Positions 10,606-22,918 of a stretch of DNA of 64,000 bases are shown here, piece after piece (the first letter of the stretch is position 1; each line of letters starts with the position of its first letter). Location of the stretch: assembly GCF_963506605.1 (NCBI RefSeq), contig NC_083283.1:63860001-63924000 (forward strand). Reading direction: 5' to 3'. This DNA is from Zootoca vivipara (Eukaryota). Under the pieces are notes generated by a model. That model had not been told where the DNA came from. It made no database searches and worked only from the letters and a program-made list of their open reading frames with translations. The translations under genes were made by a program, and so were the position numbers.

Positions 10606-11920
10606 GAATATCCTACCCCAGTGAGCAGTCAAGTTGCTGCTTTTTGCCCTTTCGCTGGGCACATTTGCTTAGAAAAAAAAGGCCAACTTATTTCAGATGA
10701 GCTTATTTCCAAGAAAGCACAGGTCTCGTTGTTACAGCCACTGTGGTGAAATCTGCCTCTTGTTGGGTTGGGAACATCATTTTGAGCTAGTGCCTTCACA
10801 TGCAGACCTGAAATTAGCCCCAGCCAAGGCTTCAAGTGTGGAGAGCTCAACACTGGAGTTCTTAGTCTCAGGGCCAAACCTGGGAAATGTGCGAAATGGT
10901 ATTAAAGCAGACTGCCACAAAGCATCTTGCCTTTCCCTCATGACAGTCCTATCTCCACTTGCTTAAAATAGGAAGAGAGCTGGAGGACCAGGGCAAATGG
11001 CACAGCATCCAACCATAACTCTGTTTTTACAATTTCACCAATGGCCCAACTGTGATTGCAGAAACAGCAGTGTGCACCTGCACCAAATCATATCCATTGC
11101 CCTGACACAGAATGCCCTCCAGGCTGCCCCTTATGCTATTCTGTTAAACCCTTCTGGCTCATTGGAGTCCTAAGGCTCTATCTCTGGCAGTCAAGTACAG
11201 CAGATTTTTGTCTGATTTTTCCAAAACTTTTGATATCTTCCATTCTTGAACAAATGAGAGGGGGAAATGAAGAGGGGGGGGGGAATAAAAGGAGGTTCAG
11301 GTATGTTCCTATGATGAATCAGCCAGAAATGCAGGCCAGGTCAATTCAACCGTATTACACACAGCTTTGCCAATGTTCTGGTTTTGCTGCCCACATAGCT
11401 CCATTGTTTTCTGGCATACCATACCAGGCTGCTGTGAAAATCATTCTGATAATGCCAGAGAAGAATATATTATAAATTCAAATGGTGAGCTACCAGCAGG
11501 AGGTAGGAAAAGAAGAAGAAAAAGAACCAGGCTGTGAAGCGTTTGATGTCTTGGACTGTGTTTTGACAAGGTTTTACTGCAATATAAACAGATTTGGCAT
11601 GATAATTGATATAAGGATGAGAAGAGCAGAAAAATATGCAAAAAGCTCTTAGGGGAAGCACAGACTTTGTTGCTGATTTACACGGGGACCATTCTCGTAA
11701 GATGGCAGCCTTTGCGTGGTGGCTGTTGGAGGAGAGGCTTGAGGTTGCGTTTGAGTCCTGAACCATCACTTCTACATAGGGAGCTCACATGCAGCCAAGA
11801 AGGTTTTGTGATGGAATGGCACTTTTTCAAGTTGCTGCCATGGCAGAAATCACTCCATCCACGCTGAGAAATTCACACACAAAGGACTCAATCCATACTG
11901 CATATGGATCACAGTAATGT

Positions 11921-12451
11921 CATATCCTCCAACATTTCCCCGATGAAAATAGGGACGTCCTAAGGAAAATGAAAACAATGATGCTTTTGAATTATGGTGC
12001 TGGAGGAGACTCTTGAGAGTCCTATGGACTGCAAGAAGATCAAACCTATCCATTCTGAAGGAAATCAGCCCTGAGTGCTCACTGGAAGAACAGATCCTGA
12101 AGTTGAGGCTCCAATACTTTGGCCACCTCATGAGAAGAGAAGACTCCCTGGAAAAGACCCTGATGCTGGGAAAGATTAAGGGCGCTAGGAGAAGGGGAGG
12201 ACAGAGGATGAGATGGTTGGACAGTGTTCTCGAAGCTACGAACATGAGTTTGACCAAACTGTGGGAGGCAGTGGAAGACAGGCGTGCCTGGCGTGCTCTG
12301 GTCCATGGGGTCATGAAGAGTCAGACACGACTAAACGACTAAACAAACAAACAAAAGGAAAAGCAGGACATTCCAGGATCAAATCAGAAACCAGGACGGC
12401 TTCTGTAAATCTAGGACTGCCCCTGGAAAATTGGAACACTTGGAGGGAGTG
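11921..12451. mobile_element. Older DNA-transposon MITE (CATA..CCAAC termini) hosting BovB
   Basis: catatcctccaac...ttggagggagtg with GGAC subterminal repeats. Confidence 0.6.
11970..12354 (+). mobile_element. RTE-BovB LINE 3' end
   Basis: ORF 12013-12342 WTARRSNLSILKEISPECSLE..YFGHLMRR..VHGVMKSQTRLND; (CAAA)n tail; TSD aaggaaaa. Confidence 0.95.
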
Positions 12452-13489
12452 TAGTTTCTGAACCAGGTCACTCACCCACTTTATTCCAAGAGATTAGAAA
12501 CAGTCTAAGGGACACAATATTTTTTAGTTTATCTCATCTCATAAGAAGATAGCTACATGATCAACCTTCACCTTGTGATGAAATATCTGAGTTGAAGTCC
12601 AAGCTTAGGCGGGGGGGGGGCAGGTTGTAGGCAAAAGCAGGGAGCAGAGGAAGGACAAAGCAACAGCAACAGCAGCAACAACTGCTTAGCATCCAAAAAT
12701 CTCAAAGCAGTGTGCAAGAGAATAAAAGGCAAATGTCACTGTAATTTGTAAGATACAATAAAATTCACGACCCACAGCTCCTCTAGAATGGCTGGAGAGA
12801 AGTGTTCCATGCAGAGAAAACACAAAATTCTTGGCACATTCTTTTTTTGGGGGGGGGGAGTGTTTCACATATCACTTCTCTCCTACCCAATGCCACCTTG
12901 CAGAAGAGAAGTGGCAGCTGAGGTTTTAAGATATGAGGTGGAATCTAAACGTGTAGTTCTGGCCTCAAGGTTACTCAGAGAGACAGAGTAATTTCCCCAA
13001 AGCCAATCTCAGCCAGCTTTATGGCCAAGCAGGAAATTGAATTGAGGGCTCCATGCACTGAACTACATTGGCTCTCTTTTAAGTTCTAAGATGCATAAAT
13101 ACTCCTAAATGTTGTCCTCTGAGGTAAATGTTTGCCTCAGAGTCGTCACCCTTTTTGTATGGTTGGACTTTTATGGAAGAAAAAAACCCATGCCACTATG
13201 AATTGTGTGTGTTAGGAACAGTCAATTCCAGCCCTAGCAGCAAAAAGGTATCACTAAAGGAATAGTATTACTAGTCAACATTAATGAGGAAAACGATGGC
13301 AAAACTTAGGAGAGGTGAGGGGGGGAAAACCACACAATCTAAACAAGTACCAATGGAGTCCACTTCAAATGCGTAAAATACCCCAAACACCAACATTGTG
13401 CCTGCTAAGCTTCAGGTCAAAATGGTTTTATTTAAGGGGGCCCTTGCTGTCCTAACATTTTCCACCGTTCACTCCTTCAGAAAGTTATG

Positions 13490-13627
13490 GATTCGCCTTC
13501 ATCTGAGGTTTTTAAGAAGGGGTTGGGTGGCCATTTGTCATGGATGCTTTAGCTGAGATTTCTACATTACCGGGGGCTGCACCAGATGACCCTCGGGGTC
13601 CCTTCCAACTCTACAGTTCTGATTCTC
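13490..13627 (+). mobile_element. CR1 3' tail fragment
   Basis: gaggtttttaag...gggtcccttccaactctacagttctgattct. Confidence 0.7.
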
Positions 13628-13909
13628 TTATTCTCTTATTTTATTCTCTGTTGTTTCAATCTAGGCTTTAGATGTCATTACTTGCATTTTTATGTTTCCC
13701 ACAGGGAATAACAATATAACATTCAGTGAAACTATACGGTGAAACTATATATGGCAAAGGACAACCTACCAGTGAAAATGGCAAGTGTCTCACATTCTTC
13801 CTTTCCATCACAATGTCATACCAGATCATTCATTTCCCCAGAACTGCTCCCAGTCCTTGGCTGCTGCTAGTGGGAGGTATGGGCCAAATGGGCCAAATTA
13901 TGTCATTTC

Positions 13910-14190
13910 CATAGCTGCCAAGTCTCCCGTTTTTCGCGGGAAACCCCTGTATTTTAAACCGTTTCCTGCTGGCAGCCCGGATTGGGAAAAATCCCGTAAA
14001 TCCCCCGGATTCCCCACATGCCAGGGAGGCTCCATTATGGGTCCTGGCGCCGCCCGATTTCCGGTGCCCATACATGGGTAGCGCGGCACCGGAAGTCGCT
14101 TCTATGCATGTCCGGACATGCATAGAAGCGACTTCCGGTGCCGCGCTGCTGCTGATCCCACATTTTTCAGCGAGAGACTTGGCAGCTATG
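13910..14190. mobile_element. Non-autonomous DNA transposon with TIR catagctgccaagt and a perfect internal palindrome
   Basis: catagctgccaagtctc...gagacttggcagctatg; flanking duplication catttc; CpG-rich. Confidence 0.85.
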
Positions 14191-15399
14191 CATTTCAATG
14201 TTTCAAATGTGTGCATTTTGAGAGCTGCGGAGATTTTGGTGTTGTTGTTTTTAAGTAAGGAAAGCAGAGGATGTGTTTGTTTAAAAACGCATCAATAAAT
14301 TAATGAATAAAGCATTTTCCTAAGAACACAGAAGAAGGGCAGATGTGCAGTTCAACATCTGGTTTCCCAAAGTTACCAATCTACAGGAAGCCCACATGCA
14401 AAACGCAGAGACCCTCTCCTACTTTTGTTCCCTGCAACTGGTATTAAGAGACACGCTGCCTCTACTCCTCATAGTAGCATATAATATTAGTGCCTATCAG
14501 AATCAATAGGGTAGATAGTGAGAGAAGATGACAATCACCATCAAACTTCTCCCCAACCAAGTCACCAACTTCCCAGTAGTATGTGAAAACAGAACAGTGG
14601 GCAGGGTGGTTTATTTGGCCGTATCCAGCAAGGAGGGGAATTTATTTCCAGCGGCTGAATGCAAATAGTATTACCCAATATGTATGTGTGTGCACGTGTA
14701 GATAGGTAAAATATCGTGCAAGCACACCAAGGCAATACATTTCGATGTGCTATATATCTTCATCTATGCTCCCTGTGCTCAGAGAAGTAAGACGACATGT
14801 TTTCTAGAGCAGGGATAAATTAGAACTGCTGTGGGCGTGATCAGAATAGCACTCTCTCTCTCTCCACCCCACCCCCAAGCAAGTCTCCTGAGAAACTACT
14901 AAAGAATTATCTGTATTTATTTCACAAAAGTGTGCACCTGGCATAACAGTACTTCGACAGCAGAAACAAAGCCCTATTAAAACCCGACACACTATTATTG
15001 AAACACACTTCACAGGATACACTGAAAACTATCACAAACTAGTGTTGCATTTAAGGTTAGGCAAGGTGATGGTCTTAAAAAAAGAATCCTGGTGGGCATA
15101 TGTTCTTCTTAGGTTTCTTTTACATTGTGATTATAAAGCAGCTGGTGTTGACATTTTCTCCTAAAAAAAAATCTGGTAGGAAGTTTTACCCCCTTACCTA
15201 TCTCTGTGCTTTCACATGTTTACTGAACACATATATAGAACAAACGGGCTGTTGAGTATTTGAAGAATACATTCGCAATAGGAATTTGTGAGAAGTGAGA
15301 CCATTCAAGCGGCCATCATATACCCACACACCTGGGAGAAAGACCTACTGTCAGGCGGCAGGGGAACCAAATCCCCATGCAGTTTGCCAGGAATGGATA

Positions 15400-15560
15400 A
15401 GACAAGGAAAAGTCCATCTCTGCCAGCATTGTTTCCCCACAGTGGCCACCAAGTGCTTCTGGGAAACCCACAAGCAAGACATGAAGGAAGGAGCTCTTTC
15501 TCCCTCTTACTCTCTGGCAACCAGCACTGAGAGGCAAAGCACCTCTGAAGCTGGAAATAG
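15400..15560 (-). mobile_element. Old LINE (CR1/L2-type) 3'UTR fragment
   Basis: ccatct..ccagcat..cacagtggcca..gggaaacccacaagcaagac motif, also seen degenerate near 14370, 46750 and 56070. Confidence 0.45.
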
Positions 15561-16700
15561 CATATAGACACCAGGATGAATAGCTACTAAGAATTTTATA
15601 CGTCTGGTCCTCTTTTAATGCTTTCTCTTTTTTTAAACAATCCAGTACGGTGTCTTGCAGCAGTTAACCCTGTGCACTGTTGTGTGAAAAATTACTCACT
15701 TGCGACTGTCCTGAATCTCTTGCAAATCGGTATCACCGGATGACCACTAGGCACTACTGTTATGAGAATAGAAGAGGGGGGAAACCCCTCCACTTTTCTC
15801 AAAGCATGTATTATTTTATGAACCTCCATAATGCTCTCTCTTACCTTCCATTTTCACATTTAAAAAGTGTTTCTCAAAGAGATCATTCTGGCGTGTGTGC
15901 GCATGTGTACACACACCGCTCAACGTGTGTCGTGACAAATTAACTTTCTGTAGGTGAAAGTGAATCAAGGTACTAGCCACCTTCATGTCTAAAGGAGGTC
16001 CAGCAAAATGTTTTTAAAGCTAATTTAATTGCTGAAACATATTACCCCAAATGCTTGAGCTTGAAATGATTTGATTCCTTATGGACATTATTAAAACACA
16101 CAGATCTATTGTACATTTCAGGGACATTCTGTCAAACATTAGAATTTACTCTGGAATTAGCCAGGGACTTGATGTTTGAAGTCTGCAAATGAATGTAAAT
16201 CAAGTTCAGAATGAGTATATTAAAATGATGATTTAAAAGCACTTCAAAGGCTAATTGAAAGCTGATTAATCTAAATTTTGTTTCATGTTTTTTGCCTTTG
16301 TACACTGAAAGTTATGGTAACTTCCCTGCAATCAGTGCTCCAGGAAAAAAACCCACAGATACACACGAACATGCTTCTCTTTGCTAATTTTTAAGTTCAA
16401 AAGAAAGAACCTAAACTTTATACACATAAAAAATAATGTGTGCTTTCACAGCATGCTACATTTGCAACAAAAAGGCCAGAATCTATATTATTTTTTTACT
16501 TCTGTGTGTATGTATATGGGTAGTTACCACAGATTTTGAAGGGGGCTTTTGCATTTTCAGCCCCATTACAAACAAGGAAAGAGATGTTGGATCTACTGAA
16601 GGTTCAAGAACCAATAGGTCAATATATACCATGTTCTCTCTGAACCAGGGATGGCAAACCTGCTTCAAACCCTGGTTAAGATGTGAAACCTAGCTGGTGT

Positions 16701-16996
16701 CAGGGCTTTTTCATAGATCATAGAATTGTAGAGTTGGAAGGGACCCTAAGGATCATCTAGTCCAACCCCCTGCAATGCAGGAATATGCAGCTGTCCCATA
16801 TGGGGATCGAACCAGCAACCTTGGCATTATCAGCGCCATGCTCTAGCCAGTTGAGCTATCTGGGAGCTATCTTTTTCCCCAGCCAGAACTCAGTTCCGGC
16901 AACTATCAGGTGGGCGCCATTGTCATTATAAGAGAACAAGGGAGGCATCCACAGTGATTTCTGGCACATCTTCTTCTAGAAAAAAAAATAGCTCTG
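16701..16996. mobile_element. hAT-like MITE hosting a SINE
   Basis: cagggcttttt...aaaaatagctctg; TSD gctggtgt/gttagtgt; shorter relative at 24107-24189. Confidence 0.65.
16712..16862 (-). mobile_element. tRNA-Ile-derived SINE with CR1-type tail
   Basis: Reverse: gatagctcaactggctagagcatggcgCTGATAAtgccaaggttgctggttcgatcccc..., then attcctgcattgcagggggttggactagatg...ccaactctacaattctatg. Confidence 0.85.
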
Positions 16997-17820
16997 GTTA
17001 GTGTTAATTATGGTCAGCACTAGTGCAATAAACCATGGTTAGAACAAGTAAGAGGGAAGGGAGCACATAAGCCTGTGGCCCACACCAAACCTCTTAAACG
17101 TGGTAAAGTTTAGCAGCATTACATATACAGGCTCCAATATAAGCTTTCTCTTCCTTCTATTTAAGTGACGGAAGACAGGCAAGTACTGATTATTTTCATT
17201 TATTACTCCTGAGGCTGCATCATTTTTTCTTTCAGGACTAAACTGCTGCAGTCCTTTGCGCTTCAATGTGACCTGCATTAGAAAACTTATTAATCACTCC
17301 TATCCACAGCAAAAGAAAAACCTGAAACTAATGCAGCTAGTAGTTAATTTCAAAAACATATCCTGCATTATCAGAGAACTGTAGAGGCTTCACAGGTCAT
17401 CTAGGCTAATTCCCTACTAAGAGGGAATGACTCCTACACTACCCCATCCCTGCCAGCGGCTCATCTAGCCTCAGATTCAAATAACGCAGCAATAGGAGAT
17501 TCTTCACAACTCCTCTAGTCTGATTCTTCTACTAGCCAAATCATGCCTATCATTAGAAAAGCTTTCCTAATAGTCAACAAAGTGTTATGGCACCCAAGCT
17601 TAAACCTATCATACAAATGTTAATCTGTCATACGGTTCCTCAAAGGCATGGGTGCACCTTGTTCTCTTCTCACGTTGGAGCAAATGAGGAACGTGGGCAT
17701 CACTGCCATAGCCATACTGAATGAATGCTATAACCCTTTTCAACTACACATTTTAAAAAAATGAAGAAAACACCCAAACCCTAAGAAAAATGAAATGGAG
17801 ACTTGCCCATCATCATAAGG

Positions 17821-18130
17821 TGTTATGTATTCAGAGGTCTGTGTTTGCCTGAGCTTGAGTCAGGACTAAGGATTCGGAGCCCCTGTATTCTGATTCGATA
17901 CTTGATATCCAATCACAGAACATTTCAGGACTTGGGCCTCTGCCATTGACCCTTAAACTCTGAGTCATGATTCGCAGCTTGGAAGTTTAGACAACCAATC
18001 ACGTTGGGAGTGGGAGTGGCCCAGGCCTTCAGAAAGGTATATAAGCAGTTGCTTTGCCCCTGTTGCCCAGTTATGTTAGTTTATGTTAGTTCAACAAAGG
18101 TTCTTGCTGTTATCACCCACCTACACTTCA
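17821..18130 (+). mobile_element. Solo LTR
   Basis: TGTTA...TTCA termini; TSD ataagg/ataaga; two CCAAT boxes, TATATAA at 18038. Confidence 0.75.
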
Positions 18131-19446
18131 ATAAGATAGTCCTACACCCTGGGGTCACAGGACCATAAATGGGTGGCCGCTGTAGGCAAGAGTCTCTTGC
18201 CTCTTGTCAGAAATGTTGACATAGGGAAGACACATGATGCCACTGTGTTCAGAGTTCCCCCCCCCCTCCCAGGATACGTCACTGGTTGCCACTTGAGGAA
18301 GTGGTGGGTAGCAAAATGTCATGCATGATTTTGTTGAACCACATATCTTCATTAACTAAATGGTACTTGGGAGGTGCAAGGGGGGCGGCGGCTGTGGACT
18401 GGTAGTGTTCATTATAATGTGCAGTTTGGGCCTGAGACCCATTCATTTTCCGGAAAACTGAAGTAGCTTTCCAAAGTGAATTGCTTTAGCTCCGTTTCAG
18501 CCCAAGCTAGTCGGCAAAGGCGGAGGATAAATGAATCCCCAAAGCACTGCAAAACTTCCACAGTAAAAATGTAAATGGATTATCTCCCCTATTAATATCT
18601 CACTAAACAGCCACACTTTAGAAGCAATCATTTATCTGTGGCACACAACATAAAAGCTAAATGATATTTTCACCATGAATCATTGGGTTGTTCTAAGATG
18701 AGTGTAGATGGTGGGCTGGGCCTAACTCAGCAATCTCCTAGGAGGAAATAAAATATTCAGACCATCTTGCAAGTAGGCTTCTACTTGTCACTCTCTCCAC
18801 CCCGCCCACAACCGCAGAACCAATTTGCAAGCAATACTTAATTTTCTGCCAACGTGACGGTTGGGCTCTAGCACTAAGGAGCATGAATGAGATTTGTTCT
18901 GATTGAGTTTTCAAAGGCACAAATACAAACCTGGAAGAACAGTCTTAACACTTCTACTGTATTGGGTTGATAACCTAGATATTTTTTTTATCCATCCAAA
19001 TTACATAGCCTTATTCCTATTGTAGCCATGCAGTTACTGTGTCCTTATTCCTATTGTAGCCATGCAGTTATCTGCTGCAAAGCACAACACTCCATAGGAT
19101 AGAGCCCTACAAAACTTCATCTGCGCGTTCTTCAGGGCATGACACATTTCCTGTGGGTGTACAAAAGTTCTGGAAATGGTACCAAAAAAAGCAACCAAAA
19201 TAACCAAGGGGTTGGTTTGAATTTATATATGTAAAAAGCTAACATGATTTTAGTTGGGGGTTTTCAAGATGGTTAAAGATGGAGAATAGAAAGAGAAATC
19301 TTTGCCTCCCTCTCTCATAATGAAGGGGCCTTAGATACTGCCTGTGGCCCGTGGCTGGAAACAGGATTCTGAACTAGGTGAACACACCGTCTGATCCAGC
19401 AGGGCCTCTCTCAGGGTTCTTCGTATAAAAATAATTTGTTCACTAG

Positions 19447-19892
19447 AGGCTGATCTACACTCAAGGTTTATAACATTAAGGAAGGGTTAAGGAATGGTTT
19501 GCGTAATACAGATGGACACATTACGCCCTATTTTTATTGTTCATAATGCGCTATTAAAATGTGGCATCAGAGGGCGATCCAGAGCAACCAGCAATAGGAA
19601 AACTGTTTTATGGGGGAAACAAGGTAAGAAGCACTTTTTAATTTACCAGTACCGGTATGTCCTGTGACGTTTTAGAATGATATATCTAATAACGTTCTAA
19701 TAAAGTTACAACAGGTCAGTGTAGATCCAGGACTCAGCTATATTAGTAAAGAAAATGTGTTTTATATGAGTTATAATGCTGTGACACCAGATGGCGCAGT
19801 GGAGTCCCGTCTTTCGCCAACGTGATTTCCCATAACAAAGTTTACAATGCGTTTTCCCGAAACACTTTTTTGATATGTCCAGATCCAGCCCT
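19447..19892. mobile_element. Degenerate PIF/Harbinger-like MITE(s)
   Basis: ggctgatctacact...agtgtagatccag (19730) and a second right end gtccagatccagccc (19890). Confidence 0.45.
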
Positions 19893-22800
19893 AGTCCAGC
19901 ACTTACTCAGATCTCAATAAACTTTGCCTCACCAAACTGAGGAGACTGTTTGATTATGAATCCAGTCTCACAAGACTATTTAGAGGCATGACACATCCAG
20001 ATAAAATCATCATAATACTTTTCTTAATGTGAAAAATGCTTTAAATTAATTTCCAAGGTTTGGGTGGCCCTCATCTAAGAATTTTTGGGCCAATTCCCAG
20101 CAAGTGCCCATGGTGGAAAATGCATCAAGGTATGGCCAATAAACTGCTATCTTATACCACTATTACTTAGCTACTTTTCAAGGATGATTTCCTATGAAAT
20201 GTGCACAGTAAAGTGATATTTGACAGCCCCGAGGGAAGGATAGGACTGGGTGTTCAGGTAGCTCCAGCTTCTAATTGCCTGTTGATCTAAGCAGGAGAGC
20301 AGCAACAATTGGAAGCGAAAGGTGGATAAAGACCTCCCAGTATAGGCTGCCGGACCCAGCACGACTGATTAAGATTCACTACCCCCTCCCCGGGCAACTC
20401 CAAAGAGTTGCATCTGAAATAGAATCCGCTGCTCCAACCTTGAATTGTAAAACTCGTAAAAACAAAATAAAACCGCTATCCTGTTATCTGTGCAAACCAG
20501 CGTTGTATTAACATCGTGTTATGCCAAGTGATATTTAGCTGACACTTTCTCCGAATGAACAGAATCAGAAAAACTCTGTGTCTCTATCGAGAATATATTA
20601 GTCATGCAGTGGTGGATTAATCAGTTTGCAATGAATATAGAGTGCATGTCAGTCCTTGAACAATGTGCAAATTACTTGAATACACTGCTACAGATGGGAG
20701 AGATTTTTTTATTACATTGTGATATGCATCGGCGAAATGGAAACACTCGTGTTTTAGCTTCGCCACTTCACGATTTTTAGCTGTTTCCAAACAATTGCTC
20801 CCTGAGAGAGGGAGAGAGAGCCTCCCTGGAATTGCGTGGGTGCCCAATAATCAAAATACATAGGAATATTACAAAGGAAAAGGAGGTGGGTACACTTCTT
20901 TAGAGGCACTTCTGGTTAGTGGCATCTATGCAGCTGTTCTGCCATTCCAGTTCCAGGAGTCCCACCGCTTGCTGGGTTGGTTTTGTTCAATTAGTCTCTA
21001 GTCGCAGCTATGGAGTCCCTCTGGGAAAACCACAGTATCTGGAAAGTGGCAATAGTGGACAATTCTGTTTCCTGTTGTGCCTTCCGATAGTTACTGCCAC
21101 TTCACAGCAAGTGCTGAAAAGGAAGAGTTCTTGCCCACCAAGAACTATGACTGTGCCTGGACATCATTTGATGTCGGGAAGCTGATGGCATCTTAGCACA
21201 GATAAACCCACACACACAAATCCATGCTATTTTAAATCTCCCACTGTTTGAAAATACTGTCCCTCAGTTTGTTTATTTCTTTTTACGTTTGAAAATCATG
21301 CACTCAATGTATCTAGTGCATGATCAAACACACACAAACACACCTCTCTTACAATCTTTTTTTTAAAGCAGCAATAATGAAAAGAGCTATTTTCCCATGC
21401 CACACAAACAAAAAAGTTGCTAGTGAAAGTCAAATCATGACCACAATGAAGGAAGAATTGAGTGTAAATGGAGACGGAAATGGTGACAGTGGGAGAGAAG
21501 TGAAAGGGATGCAGGAAATAATCTTAGATAAGCAGAGGAACAGCACCAATCCTTCACCCTGCATCTGCAGAGAGAGGGATTGAGATTTGAAAAATATCAG
21601 CAGACAGTGAAGTGGATGGATTTAAGGAAGAATGATTGTCCCGTGGATTTACCATACGAGTTTAGCTTCGAGTTGTGGTTGGTTTTAAAAGCTGCTTACC
21701 TAAGATACAGCAAAATTAAAATAGTGTGTGTATGTGGATGCAAAGGCACTTGTGCATATAATACAGGATTCTGTGTGCAAATGAATTTTACACAACAATC
21801 AGTTCCACATACTAGAATTTCTATAAAGAGGAATGTGTTACATTTTTTTCATTTCCCTGTACATATCACTGTAGAATAAATATGGTGTTTCGGGGGGGGG
21901 GGGGGATGCCAGAGAAGGCGGAATGTATTTCAGCAAAAACAATTGATCCTTTTGCTTGTGGGCTTGAAAGAGGATTTTTTGAAGAGATAACAAAACCAAA
22001 AGTGTGGGGGTGGGGGGGTGTAGGGTTGTAAGGCTACATAACGCAAAGTAGCTTAATTAGATAGTGATGTGTAAAGCAAACTATGGCAAAGGTAAGACCA
22101 TCCTCATTGTGGCATTTGTGCCTGTTCTTTTGGGCAATTTAGGATTGATTTGGCCCCTGGAAAATGCAGCACCGAGAATGGCTCCATGGATGCCAACACA
22201 GGGTAAAAATTGCTTCTGACCTGGTGCTTCTGTGCTTAAAAGTTGTCATATCCTGGGAGCGACCTGACATTTCTGCAAGCTCAGCAGCACACTTCTTAGC
22301 CCCCAGAACTGCCAACTGCAATCCAGCCCAAAGTTTAGGCACACTTCTCATTTTCTACTGGGCCTCAAATTATGGCTGCCGCGAGGAAATTCAACGTAGT
22401 AATATATTAGCACAGTCTGCCAGGTGACTCCATCTCTCTGCCATATATTTTTGTTAGCAGCTAAGAGGCGGCTGTTCCAAGTGACTTCTCTGTGGACAGT
22501 GCCATTATATAGTTTCGTCATTAGGTGGCACTAGATTTATTTGCATCTTAGCGGAGTCAGGAGTTGCCAATTGTGGCTATGTTCCTGTTGGAGAGGGACA
22601 ACAAAGTTCTTGCTTAGTCTCCTGACTTATGTCTTTTGTGTGGCATTTGTAATGTGTAGACTGGTCCAATGGGGTAGCTCTCAGAAATCAACAATTTTCA
22701 CGCATAGCAGTGATGAGCCTGTGGTCTTCCCTATGTTGTAGTCCAGCTACCTCTGGAAGGCTACAGGTTTGCCATCCCTAACACATAGTAGCCATTTTGT

Positions 22801-22918
22801 TGCTGCTTTATCTTTATTAAACCTCATTGTGTGTATTCAAAACAGGGAAAGAGGAAGATCACCTTCCTGAGATGTTTTCAGTCATTAATACACATAAAAT
22901 GAACTAGGCACTTAGCAC

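Larger units (their letters stand above)
7740..10660 (-). mobile_element. Old L2 LINE 3' fragment broken into pieces by nested insertions
   Basis: Reverse-strand pieces read QKAAT*LLTG (10620-10650), LYRLPISNWARFSVLVLVYK..GPG (10051-10150), YLK and VAPTLWNS..KTFLFQ (8805-9004), in colinear L2 ORF2 C-terminal order. Confidence 0.75.

Noticed and set aside
13830-14298. Overlapping opposite-strand ORFs sharing AAPEVASMHVRTCIEATSGAAL
   Set aside because: Artefact of the perfect DNA palindrome.
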